A stretch of DNA of 64,000 bases from assembly GCA_963749495.1 (NCBI GenBank), contig CAVVMW010000023.1:829698-893697 (forward strand), written 5' to 3'. The stretch comes from an uncultured bacterium. Its GTDB lineage: Bacteria; Verrucomicrobiota; Verrucomicrobiia; Limisphaerales; UBA8199. The position numbers and the translations under genes were made by a program. The notes below the pieces were generated by a model. The model ran no database searches. It saw nothing but the letters and a program-made list of their open reading frames with translations, and had not been told where the DNA came from. Below, in pieces: positions 60,509 to 64,000 of the stretch; position 1 is the stretch's first letter, and each line of letters begins with the position of its first letter.

Positions 60509-63017
60509 CTATTGGACCGCTTGTTCAACCAAGGCGCTGCCTTTGGGGGCCAGGGTGAGCTTTTCTCCACTGGCAGTGGGAAACGCCAGCCGTTTGCCTG
60601 AGAGATCTTCGGCGGGTTTCCCGTTGCGATAGAGAGAGACTTGGGTGTCCGGCCACGGATTCTGCACGCGGCATTGTCCGCCCTTTTGGGAGTAGAATTC
60701 CACAAATTCAATCTGACTCTGTTTCACAGACCCGCTGGCTAGGAAGGCACCGCGGGCCGCCAGCAGGAACTGGGCATCCCACTCTTTCGGCCAGGCCGGG
60801 AAGATGTAATTCACCGGTTCCTTCCCAGGGGAGGGTGGGACACTCTGAAGCAAAGCGTTCTGGAGGGCATGAGCAGCGGCGCCGAGACGCTCGAATTCAA
60901 TCGCCCCGGGTCCTTCCCGCAGCATCAACCGGTTGCGCAACGGGCCAGTGCCGGATTCGCCGCAGCCTGCATAGTCGCAATTGTCTCGTTTGACCGAGCG
61001 AATCTCACCTGGGATCAAATACTTGACATCGTCAGCCAGACCGAGGTTGGCCGCGACCACCGGCATGCGCGACAACACGTTGAGAGTGGTTTTCTCATTC
61101 AGGTTGGTGTTTCGCCGGCGATAGGCGGCGAGCACTCTATCGTGGAGGGCTTTGTCGTCGGTTCCGACATTGCACAAGTCATAGTACTCTGCGGGTTCCA
61201 GCGCGGAGGCCGGGATCGGGATCAGATTATCGAGCACTTCCTGCCAGCGAGGGCGAAGGTCGGCATCGACACTCAGTATTTCCGAGGAGCGGATCGTCAG
61301 GGCCATCATCTCATACATGGCCGACAATTCTTCCGGCGCATCGGAGCCGCCCCAGGCGCTTTCGAGATTGTTCACGAAACGGATGTGATATTTGCCGTCC
61401 GGCGTTTTGTAGAGGTTGGGGAAATTCCGGTAGAGTTCCGCAGCTCCTCTAATCATGGGATAACCGGTGGTCCGGAGCCAGTCCTGATCCAGGGAATAGG
61501 CGTAATTCAACCAATACAGGTAAGCGATCTTGGCAGTCGTGGACAGGATGTGCGAGGTCCAGGCGAATGGGGGACCCGGACGGGTGGTGTTGGCTGACCC
61601 AGGGGTCAGGAACCGCCAATTCCAGCGGCTATTCAGGCCGTTCTTGTCCTGTGCAAACTCCATGAATTCTTTCGAGCGCTCGCTCCACGGTTTCCTCGCC
61701 AAATAGAGGTCCTGCATTTCGGCAGCGAGGTTCTGGGGGACAGGTTCCAGTCCATCGAACCAGCAGGTTTCGGGGATCCAGACGCCCTGGCTGCCCCACT
61801 GCTCGCGCGCCGCACGCGACAGAGAGTCGAACATGCGGCTGTAGGTGATAAAGACCGTCCCCATCAACTCGGGCCGGTTGGCGGGGGTGAAACCGTTGAA
61901 ATAAGCACCCTGGTTATTCCACCAATACTGCGACCCCCACATGCGCAGGTCGCCGCCTGTGCCCCAGAGCATGCCGCAGAAGCGCGGCATGTAGGTCCCT
62001 CGCGAGCAGGACGCCATGAGGTAAAGGAAGTAAGTATAGTTCTTTTCGACCTCGTCCGCGACGCCATCGGCGCTGTGCAGGCAAACAAAGCCTTTGGGCC
62101 AGAAGCCGTTCCACCAGGTGCGAGTATCCTTCACCAGGTCATCGAAGCTCTTGGCCTGGGTGGCTTCCAACTGTTTCAAGGCGAGGCTCCCGACATCTTC
62201 CTTGCGGTCATAACTCGTCGCGCTCGCCGTCAGAATCGTGAATTTCCCCCGGGCTGGCGGCGCCGACAGCCGTACGGTGGCTTCATTGTAATAAGTGGCT
62301 TTGCCCTTTCGTCCAACGACGCAGATGGCGACCGCGGAGGCGCTGTAGAAGGCCCCTTCGCAGAAATCCTGGATGAGCAGAATCCGGCCGTCCCGGATTT
62401 CCAACCGCGAAGTGGCGACATGACTCATCGTCCTGATCTGAATGGCATGCCCGGCTGGTAAGACCGTAGTTCGTCCCGGCGTAGTATTCGATGCCGTAGC
62501 GTAACATGCGCAGGTCGATGTTGATGGCTTCGGGGTTGGCGCGTTGATCGTCTATCTCCGTAGCCATCACGTCTCCGTCATTCCACATGATAACGCGGGA
62601 GGTGAGGCCGTTGCCCTTGGCGGTCGTCAGACCTTCGAAAACCGACAGGTGCTGATTGAAGGCCTTGCCGGTAAATACATCGTCGCCATAATCCACCACG
62701 TTGATGTCCATGTATCCGCAGCCGCTGGAATAATCGGTATGGCCTTTGGGAAAGCTCCGGGTGTTGTTCCCCATGCAGAAAAGGTCCACCCGGTTGATCT
62801 GGAAATGCAGCGCGGAGGGAGTAGTCCACACGAGGGTGCCCATGCGGCCATTGCCAATCGGCAGCCCTTCTTCGCTGCGGACGACCGGCTCATCATAAGA
62901 CAGGTCCGCTTTCGACACCAGGCGTTGGTAGTTTACTTTGAGCAGCCGGCTGGTTTGGGCCTGCGGTGTTTCCACCCATAACAAGCACAGCAACGTGACC
63001 ACCATCGTTGTTTTCAT
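60509..63017 (-). pseudogene. GH95-like/DUF5703 glycoside hydrolase with one frameshift near 62450
   Basis: EGLPIGNGRMGTLVW in ORF 62283-63017; YLMASCSRG, WGSQYWWNNQ, ALLQS, IFPAWPKEWDAQFLLAARGAF in ORF 60509-62428. Confidence 0.75.
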
Positions 63018-63026
63018 TGTCGCTAA

Positions 63027-63998
63027 TCAATCCACCAGCTTGAATTTCTGAAGGGCGGGGTGCAAATCTTTGGGCGGCGCGCTTTCGTTGGCGGGCCAGA
63101 TGACCTCGGCGACGTAAATCGCCCCGTCCTTATCCACGCAGAGTCCGTGAGGCGCAAAGAAATTGCCGGGCCTCCAGCCTTCAGACCCGCCCAAGTTCGC
63201 CAGTTCGACCCCCGCCGGGTCGAAAACACGGACGCGCGCCCAAGGTCCCGTGCCGTCCGGGGTGAACAGGACGTTATCCACGTACAATCTGTGGCCGAGT
63301 TCGGTCACATAGACCTTGCCCTGATGGATACAGATGGCGGACGGCCGATAGATGTTGGTCCATATCGATTTGAGGTTGCCCTCGACATCGAACACCTGGA
63401 TGCGCTCATTCTCACGGTCCGCCACATAGACGTTGTCATTGTCATCCACAGCTATGCCATGAGGCAGATTGAACTGGCCGGGGCCGGTTCCAGGCTCGCC
63501 CCAGGATTTGATGAGCTTGCCATCCGCTGAAAACCGATGGACGCGGGCGTTCCCGTAACCGTCCGAGACGAAGATGTCCCCGGACTTCGAAGTCGCCACT
63601 TTGGTGGGAACGTTGAAGGGACCCGCCCCTCGTTTGACGGTCTTGAAATTGCCCTTCACGCTGCCTGAATCGGACGGCACGCCTTTGACGCCCAGCGTCA
63701 TGAGCAGTTTTCCGTCGGTGGTGAATTTCGAGACGACGTGGTCCTTGGTGTCATCACAGAACACATTGTCATGAGAATCAATATAAATGCCGTGCGGTCC
63801 GGCAATCATTCCCTTGCCCCAGCCGTAGAGGAACTTGCCCTCGGAATTGAACACCAAAATGGGTGTCTCACCGCGGACAATAGTGAAGACGTTGTTTTTT
63901 GAATCCACAGCCACGTCCGCGACGTTGTTCAGGGGCATTCCATAATCCTGCGGCACCAACACGTAGCGACCGGGATTGCCGGGGGCCGTTTGGACGGC
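63027..63998 (-). CDS. NHL-repeat beta-propeller (peptidyl-alpha-hydroxyglycine lyase-like), 5' end beyond the window
   Basis: GPHGIYID, FVSDGYGNARVHRF, GPGQFNLPHGIAVD, VADRENERIQVFD; frame open to the edge. Confidence 0.88.
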   Translation of the reverse strand, partial: AVQTAPGNPGRYVLVPQDYGMPLNNVADVAVDSKNNVFTIVRGETPILVFNSEGKFLYGWGKGMIAGPHGIYIDSHDNVFCDDTKDHVVSKFTTDGKLLMTLGVKGVPSDSGSVKGNFKTVKRGAGPFNVPTKVATSKSGDIFVSDGYGNARVHRFSADGKLIKSWGEPGTGPGQFNLPHGIAVDDNDNVYVADRENERIQVFDVEGNLKSIWTNIYRPSAICIHQGKVYVTELGHRLYVDNVLFTPDGTGPWARVRVFDPAGVELANLGGSEGWRPGNFFAPHGLCVDKDGAIYVAEVIWPANESAPPKDLHPALQKFKLVD

Positions 63999-64000
63999 TG

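Noticed and set aside
1..64000. CRISPR array, tRNA, rRNA
   Set aside because: No regularly spaced repeats or tRNA/rRNA signatures noticed; a tool-based scan was not possible.

Overview
GC-rich bacterial DNA whose gene content resembles Verrucomicrobiota/PVC (inference). It has three parts. (1) 1-12.6 kb looks like the backbone of an unrecognised conjugative/integrative element: a VirD4/TraD-type coupling ATPase with a ~150-aa insertion, a stand-alone topoisomerase C-terminal/zinc-ribbon protein, an RNase HI with a helical extension, a lone PilC/GspF and several large orphan proteins. Several of these genes, plus a similar orphan at 56.2-58.5 kb, share an upstream TAnAATGG motif. (2) 12.6-56 kb is a mosaic cargo of secreted carbohydrate-active enzymes (two GH29, GH20-like, GH5-like, GH36 remnant, GH78), esterases, UxuA and an APC permease/DUF5107 pair. 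It is littered with gene fragments, chimeric fusions and apparent in-frame 'head-tail' internal deletions. (3) 56-64 kb holds the orphan gene bracketed by 15-bp imperfect direct repeats, a decayed tyrosine recombinase colliding with a hydrolase pseudogene, a GH95-like gene and an NHL protein. I saw no rRNA, tRNA, CRISPR array, relaxase or VirB4. All family calls come from motif recognition by eye, not database searches.
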